A stretch of 64,000 nucleotides of DNA, taken from assembly GCA_964016885.1 (NCBI GenBank), contig OZ024741.1, forward strand, positions 225,928,001 to 225,992,000. The letters run 5' to 3'. The DNA is from Eledone cirrhosa (Eukaryota). How positions within the stretch are numbered: the first letter of the stretch is position 1; each line of letters starts with the position of its first letter. Below, piece after piece: positions 24,495 through 38,131 of this stretch. The translations under genes and the position numbers were made by a program. The notes under the pieces were generated by a model. The model was not told where the DNA came from. It saw only the letters and a list, made by a program, of their open reading frames with translations, and searched no databases.

Positions 24495-27400
24495 TTAAGT
24501 AGCCACACCAATAGCTCTGTTGGACTGGGATGTCTTCTGAGAATATGAAAGACATTTTTAGAAAGAATACTTTGTATTTGATGACGTTTCAACAATGTAT
24601 GTCATTAAATATATCTATACTGAAGCAAGTTAATCCTGTTTGTATTTATGTGTTTCTCAGACCAACTCTTCCTCAGCTGTATTTCTTCATTTTCAACTAT
24701 TAAGTCTCTTTGAAAAGGGTGTTGAATATCTTACTTATACTTTAAACAATAAATTCCAATTGTATTATAATTAAAAATATAATATACAATAAACGAAATG
24801 AATATTGAAAAAAAAAGAGAGAACAAATTAAATAGCGAAAGCAAGGGCAAAGGCATCAGAAAATCCCGCACATCCATCTAAGTGGAATATCCCTGCTGCA
24901 AACTACGGGCGAAATGGCGCAGGCAATGCCATGGAAATCAGCCAGAGACACTCGCTGTGTCAGCCACACCGCCTCATGAGGCTCCCTCCTCAGGTGGGAT
25001 GCACTTTTACTAATTTTGCGGAGGAAAACAGCAGTTCAGAACACCAAAGGTCTCGTCGGTGACCCACACGAATAGGAAGCGGCTGTTTAAGTCCCGGTAT
25101 TTGGCTTTCTTCCTCCCCTGTGCATTACGGGGCCGAAGTCTCATGGTTGGTGAAGGAGAACGTATTGCAGAAAGTGTCATACTAGATTAGTGATTTATTA
25201 CCTCCCTCGAGCGGGAAGAGAATTTTGGCGCGCTTAACCTCAGTTCGGTCGAGGTTGGTAGGCTCTATTTGTGACGGGAAACAGGTCAAGTCATGGATCC
25301 TTCTGATGACGCCGTTCAATGTGGCGTGTCGAAGGAATCAACCTGGACACAAGCTGTGATTGACCAGAACGCATCCGATATTGTTGTGTGCTTGTGAAAT
25401 AATTAAATGTCATTAATGATTGCGATTACCATTTCACAATGCAACATAAATATTTCCTAGAATACATTTTTCTCATGATGCCTGAGAGAGATAAAAGTAT
25501 TTAACTGCTTTCTAGACAATAAACACACCAGATATAATTATTTAGCCTAATAATGTCGTAGAAACACAAGCAATAAATTTATGTTTCTAAACGTTATACA
25601 CAATCTAAATACTGTCTTTATGAGGTAATTCAGGTAGTCAATCATTCGCAGAAAATTAAATAGAATTACAATTTTGTTTTATTTTCAATTATTTCCATAA
25701 TAAAAATCCCTTCAACGACAATAATTTAATCGAAGATGAGGATGATATAATGAAAATTTGATGAAACTTAATATCTTGCAATAAACAATAGATGTATCTT
25801 CAGATTTATCTATCTATTCATTGTCGTGAGCGTGATTTTCCTCTTTATCTTTCACAAAACCTTATAATATGAATAGCCATTTCTCTTTTAAATCATTCAT
25901 ATTTTGATGTATTTAATCTATATTAAATACCTAAAACGGTGTGTAATAGCTTTACCATGTTCATTGCAATTTAAAACTCCACATTTGTATCAAAAATACG
26001 TCGGTAATGGCAGGTAATAATATTAATCTTTATCCATAGTGTAGTCACGTATTAATTTATTATGACTGCGCAAGGGCCTACTTTTTTTAATATAGATGGG
26101 TGCCGACGATTTTATATATCGTTAGTCCAGCAGGGAGGGACATTGCTCGACCTTGGTGACAATGGAATTCAGAAAATGGATTTCGTCTGGTATTAAATCA
26201 AATATTACCAAATACAAACTATCAAAGCAATCGACAGTACATTAAAATAACTTTAATTCCAGTTTTGTTCTACCAAACATGCTCCTTACTACAAGTGCAA
26301 AATACTTATTTACACGATGGTACAAATTACATATAGCACGCTGGGTCATCATGTCAAACTCTGATTCATTAACATCGGTTTTTGGTATAAAAGTGCTTTA
26401 CAATATGGCGATTACTATGTAGTTCGTGCCTCGCAGGATCTATTTAGAGTACTTAACATATGGATTAATTGTAACAGACAGAGACGCAGTGGTACAACAG
26501 CCATGTAGCAACATGATGTCAAACATAACGCCAAGCTTCAAAATAGCATAGACAATTATAAAAATACATTTTCATTGAGTAGTACGGATAGTGAGAGCAG
26601 CTAGTAAGTTGAAGAATCTAATCTTGGAAACAGGTGCAGATTTTCGTTAATAAATCCTTTCTTCAATCTGTTTATTCAAAGAAACCGTTGATATTTACTC
26701 TTACCTTTTATGTGTTCTGTCGTCTGTATCTTGCTTCTAAATTTATTTACATATAAACTCAATAATGTCTCTATATACATGTAACTCAACATTTACAGCC
26801 TTAATGTTTGCACAGTCTTGGTGATGTAGACTACACTGATTGGTTTGTTAAGCATTGTAAAGATATAGGATTAATTAAGGAACATGTTTAATCTTTTCTT
26901 TGATTGCTTATTAAGAACACATATACTTTTGGCAAAAGCCTAGCTTCCTAAGCTCTACAATGATCTCAGGTGCATTTACTGACCTAGTAATCCCTCCAAT
27001 GACGTAGATTTCTTCGGTTACCTTAGTACCCTTCAATTTGCGTATGTATATGAAATCCGTTCATTAGCTTCTTTTTCAACTCGGTGAATATATTTTAACT
27101 ATAAAACATGTATATCAAAAGTGAATTGTTTTCTCGAATGGAAAACTATCATATACGACATTTGTTTTAAATGATTGGTTTCTTTTGTCTGGGAAAGTAA
27201 AAAAAAAGAATTCATGTGTTTTTTTTTAAGTAACAGGAAACCTATGGGATTGAAACTCATTTCAACAGAAATACAAAATTGAATCATACATTCAGATGGC
27301 CAAGAGTTTACTATTTGTTCTATAGCACTTATTCTTTGACCTAATCCTTACTCTAAATTAATCCCCGATTTCTTTCATATAATACAGAAATCAACTTTAG

Positions 27401-28829
27401 TCATCTTGAGAATGTGACATGATCAGTATGCGTAACTGAACTGAATTAGTTACATTTCAGGTACATATTTCATCAATTTGTGTTTGACAGAATGCAACGT
27501 TGAACTCAGTAAAGTTGAAACTCGGTTAATAAACGAATTTGTCGTGAAATAAGTGAAGTAGCTCAACAGGGAAACGAAACTGCATTGCATACTTAGTGTT
27601 TACTTTCTTTTCAAGTGGTTACAAACGCCAATATTTATAATATGGTTGTCTTAATTAAAATTCAAGACGACTATTTATTTGTCATTTCAATTTTATTAAA
27701 TGCTTCTAAATTTTTCAATGAATATATAACGAATGAAGTAAATTATAACGCCTGTTGTATACGCACAAATCACGTTTTCATTTCATATTTCTTAAGAATA
27801 TACATTTACTTTATCAATTAATTTATATATTTACATCTACATATATTGATTTCTGCATCGAAATTGAATTTGTAGAATATATTGCATTGTTCTCGATGTT
27901 ATTACTGGGTCATACATGGTCTGGTAATATATATGACTCCACCCGATATCAGTTGAAAATATTATATATACAAAAGCTAACTATATGGTTTTATGTGATT
28001 TCTGAATCTGTTAGAATTGATTATTAAGTCTCACTCGTATCACGAGAAAAAGAATGACACGTTGAATAAATTAGATATATATATATACACAATAACTGAA
28101 AGGAAAGATGGGATGGTGCGGTCTGAAATATCTTTGATCATAGGTTTGCTCGAACAAAGCTGACTTGTCTTTATTCAATAAGTAATACCCTGCTGAATGT
28201 ATCATAAGCTTCACCATAATTACCGAAGCTGTGATGACAAAATTACAAACTAATATATACATTATTGCACAAGAGTATGCATTGCTATCTTTTCTTCGTT
28301 GAATAAATATTTCCAATTAAATTTTCGAAGGATTCTACACTGAATAAACTAACTCTTTTTTTGTTCTTTATTTACAAATCCATCGCCATTTAACATTTTC
28401 ATGGGAGTGATTTATTGCTACGTTACTTTATTCCTTTCTGAAAGTTAAATATTAAAGTCGACTTCAGTGGGATTCGAAATCAGAAATTATAGTACTATAA
28501 CTATTTATCGGAGGGATTTAAACTGAAAGCTTAAAGTGTGTAACTAATTATCGATGGAATTTGAACTGTGAACTTATCAGGCCTATTTGTCGAAAGCATT
28601 TTGTGCTGTGATCTAACGATTAGGCCATTTCAACATCCTGTTTTGAACCCACGGACAGTTTTCCATTGGCCATGCCATCAGCAGAATTGTAAAGTGGTAT
28701 CAGCACCACATATCTAATGGTCTTGAAAGTTTGTGGTTAATTTTCTGAAAGTATATTCACTATTGAATTCTATTGATAAACTGTTTTGTTTTGTTTTCTA
28801 GCCGAAACTCTTTCTCATCTGATATCAAA

Positions 28830-29020
28830 AGCTGTCATATTGCCAAAAAGACATGTATCAAGAACAAGTTAATTCTACAATAATCCTTTGGTGTTGGATG
28901 TTGCCAAAGAGCGAAAGAGACATGTCTTAAGAAAAGGTTATTTCTACAATATATTCTAATTTAAGATGCTGACATCCTGCCAAAGACATATGTCTCAAGG
29001 AAACATTATTGTTACAAAAC
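28830..29020. repeat. Three degenerate ~65-70-bp tandem units
   Basis: tgccaaa..gacatgt.t.aag...gtta.ttctacaa recurs three times. Confidence 0.55.
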
Positions 29021-29164
29021 TAACAATTCGTCAAACTATATCTTTTGTCTTCAAAGAATTAACGAAAATATGCCTAGAAATTGCTTTTCATTAATTAGGA
29101 ATAGCGCTACTATTCCACTGTAAGTTTACACTTTCATTTAATCGCTAAAGATTTCAATAACACC

Positions 29165-32100
29165 AGAATGTCCAGCAACGAGGTTCTATGTTGGCAGTTG
29201 CTGAAAAAGTCCGCTCTCCTATTGATTAATAGGGGGCCGCCTCTAATAATATTAAAGGTTTCAGCTATACATAAATCATAGACGCCCCTGCTGCCCTTAT
29301 ATGACTGGGCTGAGAAAACTATAGACCATGATAAGGAGTGCTCTATATTCTGTTGTTTAAGCTTCCAGACTAATTCAGAAAGCGCCGTGCTATATTTTTA
29401 TCTAATCTATTAAAGGTATGGCGGTGATTATATCATCTATCCTTAAATTCAGTGGCAGTTGCCCCAACATACCTGAAGGTTCTATTTAAAGTGGAGACCT
29501 TACAGTCGTAGACTATGTTTTTGGTGAGGCATTTTCCAGCCATGGGGCAAGTGCGCCTGCAATTACAGGAACATTACAGCTAGGAAAACCTTAATTGAGT
29601 TTAACGGTGACTTGTGGACCAGGAAAGATTGGCCGGACAATTTCGACATCACCATGGGATCCACGGACTCGGCCCAGGTGACGGATCTGGTGGGCCTTTA
29701 CTTCCTCGACTGTCTCGGAGTGGAAATGCCCCACTTGGGAGGCGAAGCTTACCGTGATGACGATTTGTTTACTGTGTCGTTCCATAATAATAGTTTGGTA
29801 GAGAGGGTGAGGAAAAAACTAAGCAAATTCTTCAACAACATAGATCTAAGTATAGTGTTTGAAGAAAACCTTAAGATAGTTAATTTTCTAGATGTTACAC
29901 TTAACCTCAATTCAGGACTCTTTCAACCCTACCATAAACCCAACGAGAATTTAAATATGTCAACGCAAAATCGAACAACCCTAGAATAGTCACTAACGGT
30001 ATTACCAAAAGCGTCTCAGTAGAATTTCAGGACTATCTTCCAATGAAGATACCTTTAATAGGATCTCCAATTACTACAATAGCGCCCTGGAACGCGCGGG
30101 CATAGCGAGGGAATCTCATTCAAACGACCATTAAATAGCAACATTACCTGCGATAGCTAAGGCCAAAATAGGGACACTTTAGTTAACAGCAGGCGGTTTG
30201 CGAGGGAGGATCAATATAGACTTCATGTTGTATTGCCTCCTAATCCCAATGTCGATGGTACCAATGGAAACAATCACCCAGGTACAAACACGGGGTCTGA
30301 GCACCGTTGTGCCAGCGGAAACTGTAATTGTAACCTTAATTGTAGAAATGATAAAACAACCGTTGAACGTAAAATGTAACGGGGGTCGGGTAGAGGGAAT
30401 AGGGATAAATGTAGTAGGCGCATTGTGGATATAACCCCGGCTATCAAGGGCAATCCCAATAGCTGCACGGAGGGTACACTACCCCGGAGACTTGGGACGA
30501 TTCCGAACACAATCGGGACACCCCAGGACACCATCGACCCACAGGCAGTTTTCAGTTATAATAGAGCAGTAGCAACTAAGGAGACAGGTAACTCTAGTAT
30601 ATATAGTAAGAACAAGAAGTATCGGACCAGAAAAATCTCCTGTAATATAACCCCCCTTACTCCACCGGCCTAACCACTAGTATAGCTAAGCTTTTCTTTA
30701 GGGCCTTAGACAAATGCTTCCCTAGATCGCACAGATACTATAAAATATTCAATTGGAATACCATCAAGCTGTCCTACTCCACAACCAGTAACATAGCTCA
30801 AAATATAGCTAAGATGAATTATAGTAGACTTAGGACAGCCAAAGGGGTATGAGACATGGCAGAACTAATGGCAGTTCTATGGATGAACAGAGACTCATAC
30901 ACGTGAGGCGAGTCGGGTCACCCCAACCCCTGGGAACTTACCTATATAGCAGACAAGAACTGAGACCCGACCCCAGAGGTACCGTGGTTCATCTGGAACT
31001 ACACAGGTCGATAACAGAAAATGTAATTGCCACTTGCCCCATGGCTGGGAAATGCCTCACCAAAAACATAACTACGACTGTAAGGTCTCCACTTTAAATA
31101 GAACCTTCAGGTATGTTGGAGCAACTTCCACTGAATTTAAGGCTAGATGATATAATCACCGCCATACCTTTAATAGATTAGATAAAAAAAATAGCACGGC
31201 GCTTTCTGAATTAGTCTGGAAGCTTAAACAACAGAATATAGAGCACTCCGTATCCTGGTCCATAGTTTTCTCAGCCCAGCCATAAAAGGGCAGCACGGGC
31301 GTCTGTAATTTATGTATAGCTGAAACATTTAGTATTATTAGAGGCGGCCCCCTATTAATCAATAGGAGAGCGGATTTTTTCAGCAACTGCCAACATAGAA
31401 CCTCAAAAACCTTCCACAGGATTTTTGGAAAGTAACCTACCATTAACTCCTCCCTATCTACTTTAGCCATAGAGTTCTCTCAATTAGCAAAAAACAGACA
31501 ATCACACACTCAGGTAGTTAGACAGCTAAGATCATTTGCGCACTTACAAACGGCAACCGGCCTGTTTCCACAGAGTTCTCACAGCTGAGTGTACATTAGA
31601 ATACCTTGTTAGTAAATAGTTAGAATGATTACACACTCAGGTAAGGTAGATTACGCGCATTCACCATTACTTTAGGATACCCTAACCATTGAGTTCTCTC
31701 GGTTAGGATATAGCTAGACGTATTACTCACTCAGTTAAGACCGATTACGCTCCATATACATAACTCTACACACAGTACCCGGTTTCGTTAGACACTGAGT
31801 TCCCACAGTTATGACTGGTCACGTTCCTATCGATTGAACACTACACTAGGTTTTGATTCGTGATCATCTAACCATGGAGTGCTCACGGCTACAGATTGGA
31901 CAATAATACTTACACACCATTAATGGGCCTACACACATCCTCTGGGTTTGCTATTCTTTGTTATTTTATTTTTTATTTTTGTGTTGGATAACACACCTCC
32001 ACCACTCAAACACCTATCTTAAAAGCCCAAGGGCCCGTATGACGGGAAATCGCACATACTGACACCTTAACCCAAATACCTAACCCTACACAGATCCCCT

Positions 32101-33115
32101 TGGTGGCCTACATAGCGGTTGCTTGCACGCACAGATTTGGGGACTCAGATTCTCAATGGGACAACGTCACATACTGAGTTCGATATGAGCTGACTACTTG
32201 CTCTTCACATGGATGTGTATGTGCCAAAACATACACATTTTTGGACGATACGGATGAGTATATACCATAACATACACTATTTGAAGATACAGATGTTACA
32301 ATTCAATCTATACACGTATAGCAGAACATTGAACTGAACTTACTTGCGTGTGTATAGGGTTGCGGTTGACCCAATTTTTCCAATTTACATCATCAAATTG
32401 GGATTTGACCAATATAACATTTGCTGTTCTGTAAACTAACTTTCGGTGAATAATATGTTGGTATATTTATATTTTTTCTTTGTCCTCTCGTCGGTGTGTT
32501 TGAGTGTGTGTGTACTCACTCACACTAACTGTGACCGTCTATAGTTCTACAGATTTGATGCTATGTTGGTATATGTATATATTTTTTCTTTGACCTCGCC
32601 TCTGTGTATGTGAGTGTGTGTGTACCCACTCACATTAACTGTGACCGACTGTAATTCTACAGATTTGATTGATGTCCAGCGCCTTTTACAGCTATTGGGA
32701 GATAGAGACTTAATAGTTTTATTACCCTAACTGAGGGCGATAGCAGTCGGCGTCTTTTGACTGCTTGATCTTCATATGAGGGACTAAACTCTGTGAGTGA
32801 ACACCGTTAATTTTCTCCCTCATATCAAGGATTTGAAGACAATTCATTTTCACCTGACGAGTTCAGTGATAATCGATCATGGCTACACGATCGATCTATC
32901 TCTTATTGAAACATGTTTCGTGATTAAAATGATTGGAAATTTATACCGTACCTTCGGATCTTTATTTTGATACAAATACTCCGTTTTATATCATCTAGCT
33001 GTTCCCATAAATGGAATTGGAGATATACAAAAGCGTGGAGAACTTAATATTGCTATCAAAAATTTATTGGAACGTTTGACACAACCAATAATACACCTTA
33101 CTATATAACAACTAT
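29165..33115 (+). mobile_element. Penelope-like element 2, 5'-truncated with a 5' inverted segment
   Basis: FDITMGSTDSAQVTDLVG, YRDDDL, VNFLDVTLNL..PYHKPN; GIY-YIG remnant ~31030-31420; 29165-29553 is its reverse complement; hammerhead near the 3' end. Confidence 0.88.
32850..32923 (+). ncRNA. Hammerhead-like motif in the PLE2 pLTR
   Basis: tcac-CTGACGA-extended stem II (atcgatc/gatcgat)-GAAA-catgt-ttc-gtga. Confidence 0.6.
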
Positions 33116-33261
33116 ATATATAAGAAGAAGGGATATTTAATTTGTTGGAAATTCAACAAATATAAATGTTTATAACTGATTCAGAGCACTTGACAGAGTT
33201 TCTGGAGTAAATATTCAATGATATTAAATAAATGGAAACTATATTTATAAAACCATATTTA

Positions 33262-33319
33262 TTCTATTATATATATTTCAAGGGTACCAAAAACTTTGGT
33301 ACGCTTTCATCAGATAAAA
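33262..33319 (-). ncRNA. Minimal type I hammerhead ribozyme
   Basis: ttttat-CTGATGA-aag.c.gtaccaaa.gtt.tttggtac.c.ctt-GAAA-tatata-TA-atagaa. Confidence 0.75.
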
Positions 33320-33494
33320 TACAAAGTGTGTTTTATAAACTTTGACATAGCCAAGGAAACATACCTTATCAGTTGAATTTTCCTTGGGTAGTTATATATA
33401 TATATATAATAATAATAACAATAATAAATAAGAGAGACCATGTCAGTAGAATGAACACTTCATTCTTGCTCTTGTGTTGGCATGCGAACAGAAC

Positions 33495-33536
33495 TGCAAA
33501 CACGAATGTTTCTGGGTATCACCCTTCATCAGTACA
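33495..33536 (-). ncRNA. Minimal type I hammerhead ribozyme
   Basis: tgta-CTGATGA-a.gggt.gat.accc.a-GAAA-ca.ttcg.tg-TT-tgca; GUU triplet. Confidence 0.7.
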
Positions 33537-33769
33537 CCTCGCTGTTCACCTGCCAAACTGTTAGAGCTAGTGAAAATATATGCTATTTTCAAAAATACAC
33601 AGTGACTGATCGGCCTGATTTGCATATTAGCAGACTGGCTGATCAGTCAGATCTGCATATTAGCAGATCACTGATCACTGATTTGCATACCAGCAGGTGT
33701 TATTAATATTCGTAAACACAGATTACATTTATTGTATTCAGCCATGTAGAGCGAAATTTTCTTTTTTAT

Positions 33770-33861
<92 letters not shown>

Positions 33862-33895
33862 TAGATGCCATTTATCGAATATGTTCTTTCTGTAA

Positions 33896-34809
33896 TCTAT
33901 ATATATAAAACTGTGGTTGTCTGTCTGTCTATCGATTTTTGGCACACATCTCCTCTTAGAATCTCTCACGGAATTGCACCGAAATTGCTAGACTTGTACA
34001 TTGAGCCCTAGCGAAGACATCGGAAAAAAAAAATTTCAAATTGACCCGCCCTATGTGACGAAATCGAATATAATGTATCGATTTTTGAGCGTAAGTGATC
34101 AGTTATTTCCCTTTGTTCTGTTTACATTGAGCGTCTTACGTAAAAAATTACGCTGGCTTTAACAGTTGTCGAGCCAGCAAAATATTGACCTGCAAAATTC
34201 ATCAGTTCGAACACTAAGCTTCCGTTTTGCTTCATTTCCATTTAAAAGCATTTTAAAACAATATTTTTACTTGAAAACAAGCCTATTTAAAGACTACGTA
34301 AAACAAGCAAATATTTCGTCGTTAGGCGTGCAGACAGACAGTCGTGCAGACAGACAGTCGTGCAGAGAGGTGATATACGCGTGCAGACAGACAGTCGTGC
34401 AGAGAGGTGATATAGGCGTGCAGACAGACAGTCGTGCAGAGAGGTGATATAGGCGTGCAGACAGACAGTCGTGCAGAGAGGTGATATAGGCGTGCAGACA
34501 GACATAACTGATAATTTGGTTACGCTAATGTTTTTCTCTGCGTTGCAGTGTTTACATTTTCGATCTTTGTTAATAAATAACCAGTGCAGTTTCTATCCCC
34601 AGCATCCTCTTTTGTTATAACATTCGGGTTATCGTTATGTTTTCTTAACTTCATAAGGCATATTGTTGGTTGAGGGAATATTAATCAAAAACACCACATG
34701 CAAGTCTGCACAGTAGACACTACAGTTTTTAAGCCAAGAAAGAAACTTAACATTGTAACTTTAACACAGCTACTGAGCGTCCCCGAGCAACGCCGGGCTT
34801 TACTGCTAG
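33896..34809 (+). mobile_element. Non-autonomous Helitron with an internal 37-bp minisatellite (34324-34503)
   Basis: a|TCtatatatataaaa start, (GTCT)n, 3' hairpin cccgagcaacgccggg, CTAG|t end. Confidence 0.85.
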
Positions 34810-35659
34810 TAAATTAATAAAACAATGAAATCTGAACGTAAGCATTACTGTATGTCCTGAAGTGAGAATGTATCCTTCGGTGGTGTAATATATCTAATTA
34901 TATAAACTATTATGATTTCAGAATAAACTTATTGCAAATGTTTTGTTTTGTGCATTGCACGCCTAAGGGCTGGGGATAAGAAAAATATCTGATACTGGAA
35001 ACAGAATAAAGAGCAGCAGTGAAAGTTACACTAAAAACTTTTATAGCGATGCCGGTCCTTCAGCATCGACAAGGTCTTGCATGAAGAAACTTGTAGAAAG
35101 AATCAAAGAATAAATTATAGTGTCAACAAAGAAATAAAAAATCAACAAAAAAAAATCAATTATATCAATGACAGTGAATGATTAATTAATCATATAAGAC
35201 TATTAATTAAGCCAAGGCATTTTAAATTTCCGTTCATCATAGTGATTTGTTTTATCCCAGTATTTTCTGTGGTCAAAGGCAAAATCCTACTATAATCATC
35301 ATCTTTGCGTCCTGCCTTGTTAGAAATCAAGGAAATAAGTGGGAGATATAAAATAAAATAAAATATAGTATACCGAGCCTTGTAGTTGAAACTCTGTGAA
35401 AGGTGCAATGTGTCCGAATACGGAACAGCCGAACCTCTACTGGTATCACCTCCATGTCTTTCGCCCTCCCCATCTCTCTGTATTGTGAGCAAATGTGTTC
35501 CCACGTGCTGGCCGCTCCACAGACCCGGCGGACAGAATGGAGTGAGTCGTAGTCTCATCATCGTGAATCACGGCGTGTCTTAGACACTTTAAACTTGGCG
35601 AGGCCTATCATCTCTCCAGGTGGAAACACGGCCGATCTCTTCCAGAGGAAAAAGAGTGA

Positions 35660-35840
35660 GAGCAGGAAAGTAGGAAAGTATATAGAAGAGAAATTGACCC
35701 CAGTACAAGACTGCTACTTGCTTTTATCGAAATCGAAAGTATAAAAGGCAAAGGTGACATTAGCGGGGTTTTGAACTCAGTGCGCAAAGAGCCGGAACGG
35801 CTAGCACAAAGTATTCCATATAACTCAACGACTCTGTCAA
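35660..35840 (-). mobile_element. Old SINE copy
   Basis: aaaggcaaag..gac...gcggggttttgaactcag. Confidence 0.6.
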
Positions 35841-36149
35841 TTCGATGCCTGACTACTGAGTAAATGTCGCTAAATTCTATTTGCATTCGGACAATGAATA
35901 TGAATAATCAGCCAAAGGATTACTGTTTCACATACACCCGCCGCTACAGTGGTATACACGTAACCTAAGTTCTGATGGATCATCCTTCAGTTTTAACGAT
36001 GCGCATCTAATTGACCAATCTACTGGACGTTATACTCATTATATGAAGCTGTAATTGGATGAACATTTCACAGACACGTGCGCCCTAAACATAATTGCCG
36101 ATAAAACTCGGTATAACAATGAATACAGGTACTATCCACCCTGTTTCAG

Positions 36150-36306
36150 GTTTCCACACTGTTTCACTTCACTATAGTTCGGTCACAAAACTTGAATCGA
36201 CCCGAGTTTATAGTAAAGGATACTTGCCTAAGAAACCATGCAGTGGTGTTGAACACGGTATATCATAATTACAAAGCGAATTTGTCAAGACCGCAGCCAT
36301 GACTGC
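36150..36306 (-). mobile_element. Degenerate OR-type SINE
   Basis: cgacccgagtttatagta...acttgcc.aag...cagtgg..ttgaac...cagccatg. Confidence 0.5.
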
Positions 36307-37683
36307 TTTGCCACAAGAAAAACTGAGTTAGTAATAAGTTCCTAAGTACTTAGAAGTCATTAAACTCTCACCTGATAAAACTATAAAGTCAGCTTTAAGA
36401 AAGTACGAAAAATAACAGCGAAATTTATCTCAAACCGAACTCCATGTTCCTTAAGACGGAATATCTCCTTGTATAAAAGAATTCTAAATATAACAGAAAT
36501 TGAGATGTTTATGGCTGGACTGCTCTGTGCAAAAGATCTAGATAATGACTGACAGGGTGATAAACAGCAATAACATCAAAAGTACTATAAACATACGGTC
36601 CAATCTCATGGGCGGAACGTAGAATATTTATATATTAAAGTCAAGTATATAAATACATAAGGGGCGAATCTGTAGTGTTTTTAGTGGGACATCAGATAAA
36701 CATTGCCTAGCATTTGTTTCAGCTCCCTATTCTGTGTTCAAATCCGAACAAAGTTAAGTTTGCCTTACAGCTTTTCGTGGCTGACAAGGAATGTATCACC
36801 TCAGTACTGGATTCGAGTCTTCTTCTATATCTCTTTATCACTTTCTCTGTCTGTCTTTCTTTGGAAGAAATCGACTGTGTTCCAACTTGAAAAGAGATAT
36901 GGACTTTACTAGATTCTAAAATGCTCAATAAATGGAATATGTCAAGGCAGCTCCATTAAGAGTTAAAGGCCATTTTACCTTTTATGTAGATACGCTAAAG
37001 ATATGTGAATGGACAGTAGCCAAGGTTTGCCTTTGTTGATTTTTTGGACGCAATAATAGAACAGGAAACATGGTATGTTCGATAGCCTCAGGCAGCAGCA
37101 ACATCTAATATAAGTACAGGCGAAGACAATGCATACGGCAATCTACTAGAATTTGAGAGATCTGATATCGCAGCACGTGTTAAGTAATATAAAGACAGAT
37201 GTTTTACAAAAATTGTGTCTGCATTTCAATGGTACTATAGAACATAAAGATTCTTTGAAAAATCTGTCAACAGTCACGTGTTTAACGCCCCCCCCCCACA
37301 CACACGCACGCACACATATACGTAAATATATATATGTATACACACACATACATGTGTGTGTATAGTGGATTGTGTAACTTTTTTTTGTAGTGTGTGGTTC
37401 AAGACAAGGAAAGAAGAGTAAGCTATAGGGAGCTGAGAAGGAGAGGCTAGAATATATTACAATACGATAAACGAGATAAAACTTGCTTAAAAACGATATT
37501 CTTTTTGTATTTTATTGTTCGTTTAGGTGAAGGTCGAGGTGTAGAAAGATGAGTGTATGATAGTTAATGTTATAATTAAAATCGTGATTAGGATTAGTGC
37601 TAGTTTGGTTATCGCATACATATATATATATAATAATAATAATAATATATGTAGTTATAAACACAGTAAATCGTGTGTCTAAA

Positions 37684-37744
37684 ATAATTGTTTCTACTTT
37701 AGGCACAAGGCCAGCAATTACCCAGTGCATTACTGGTACTTTAT
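37684..37744 (-). mobile_element. SINE 3' fragment
   Basis: Reverse complement of the family tail. Confidence 0.9.
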
Positions 37745-37911
37745 GCCACCTCCGTCACTGTCATCGTCATCGTCATCATCGACCTCGATAGCAACATCCA
37801 CATCATCATCCACATCATCCATATCATCATCATCATCGTGTTTAACGTTACAGCAACACCACCAACATAATACAGTCCTTTTCCCCGCCTCAGCATTAGT
37901 GGCGGGAGGCC

Positions 37912-37942
<31 letters not shown>

Positions 37943-38131
37943 GGGTATTCAGTGTCAGAGCAACTCGCAGCAGGCTGCCAGCAAGCTGCTGCGCAAGTCT
38001 CGCATCCTGCAGGCCAGCAAGGGCCGGAAGAGGGCCGGAGGAGGCCCGCCGGGCAGCGGCCAGCTGAAGGGGCTGTTTGACGGCCTCTCGCACCTGTTCG
38101 CGGCGCAGGGCGAGTGCCGCAAGCGCAAAGG
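37745..38131 (+). pseudogene. KAT6B: Captured coding fragment resembling KAT6 (MOZ/MORF/enok) histone acetyltransferase
   Basis: GC-rich open frame, Ser-rich and polyQ, ending GQLKGLFDGLSHLFAAQGECRKRKG; recalled KAT6B motif [24 protein letters not shown]. Confidence 0.65.

Noticed and set aside
25400-28400. Repeat-poor stretch that might hide host exons or an old transposase
   Set aside because: No sustained frame or motif recognisable by eye; needs BLASTx
34324-34503. CRISPR-like 37-bp repeats
   Set aside because: No unique spacers; eukaryotic context; lies inside a Helitron
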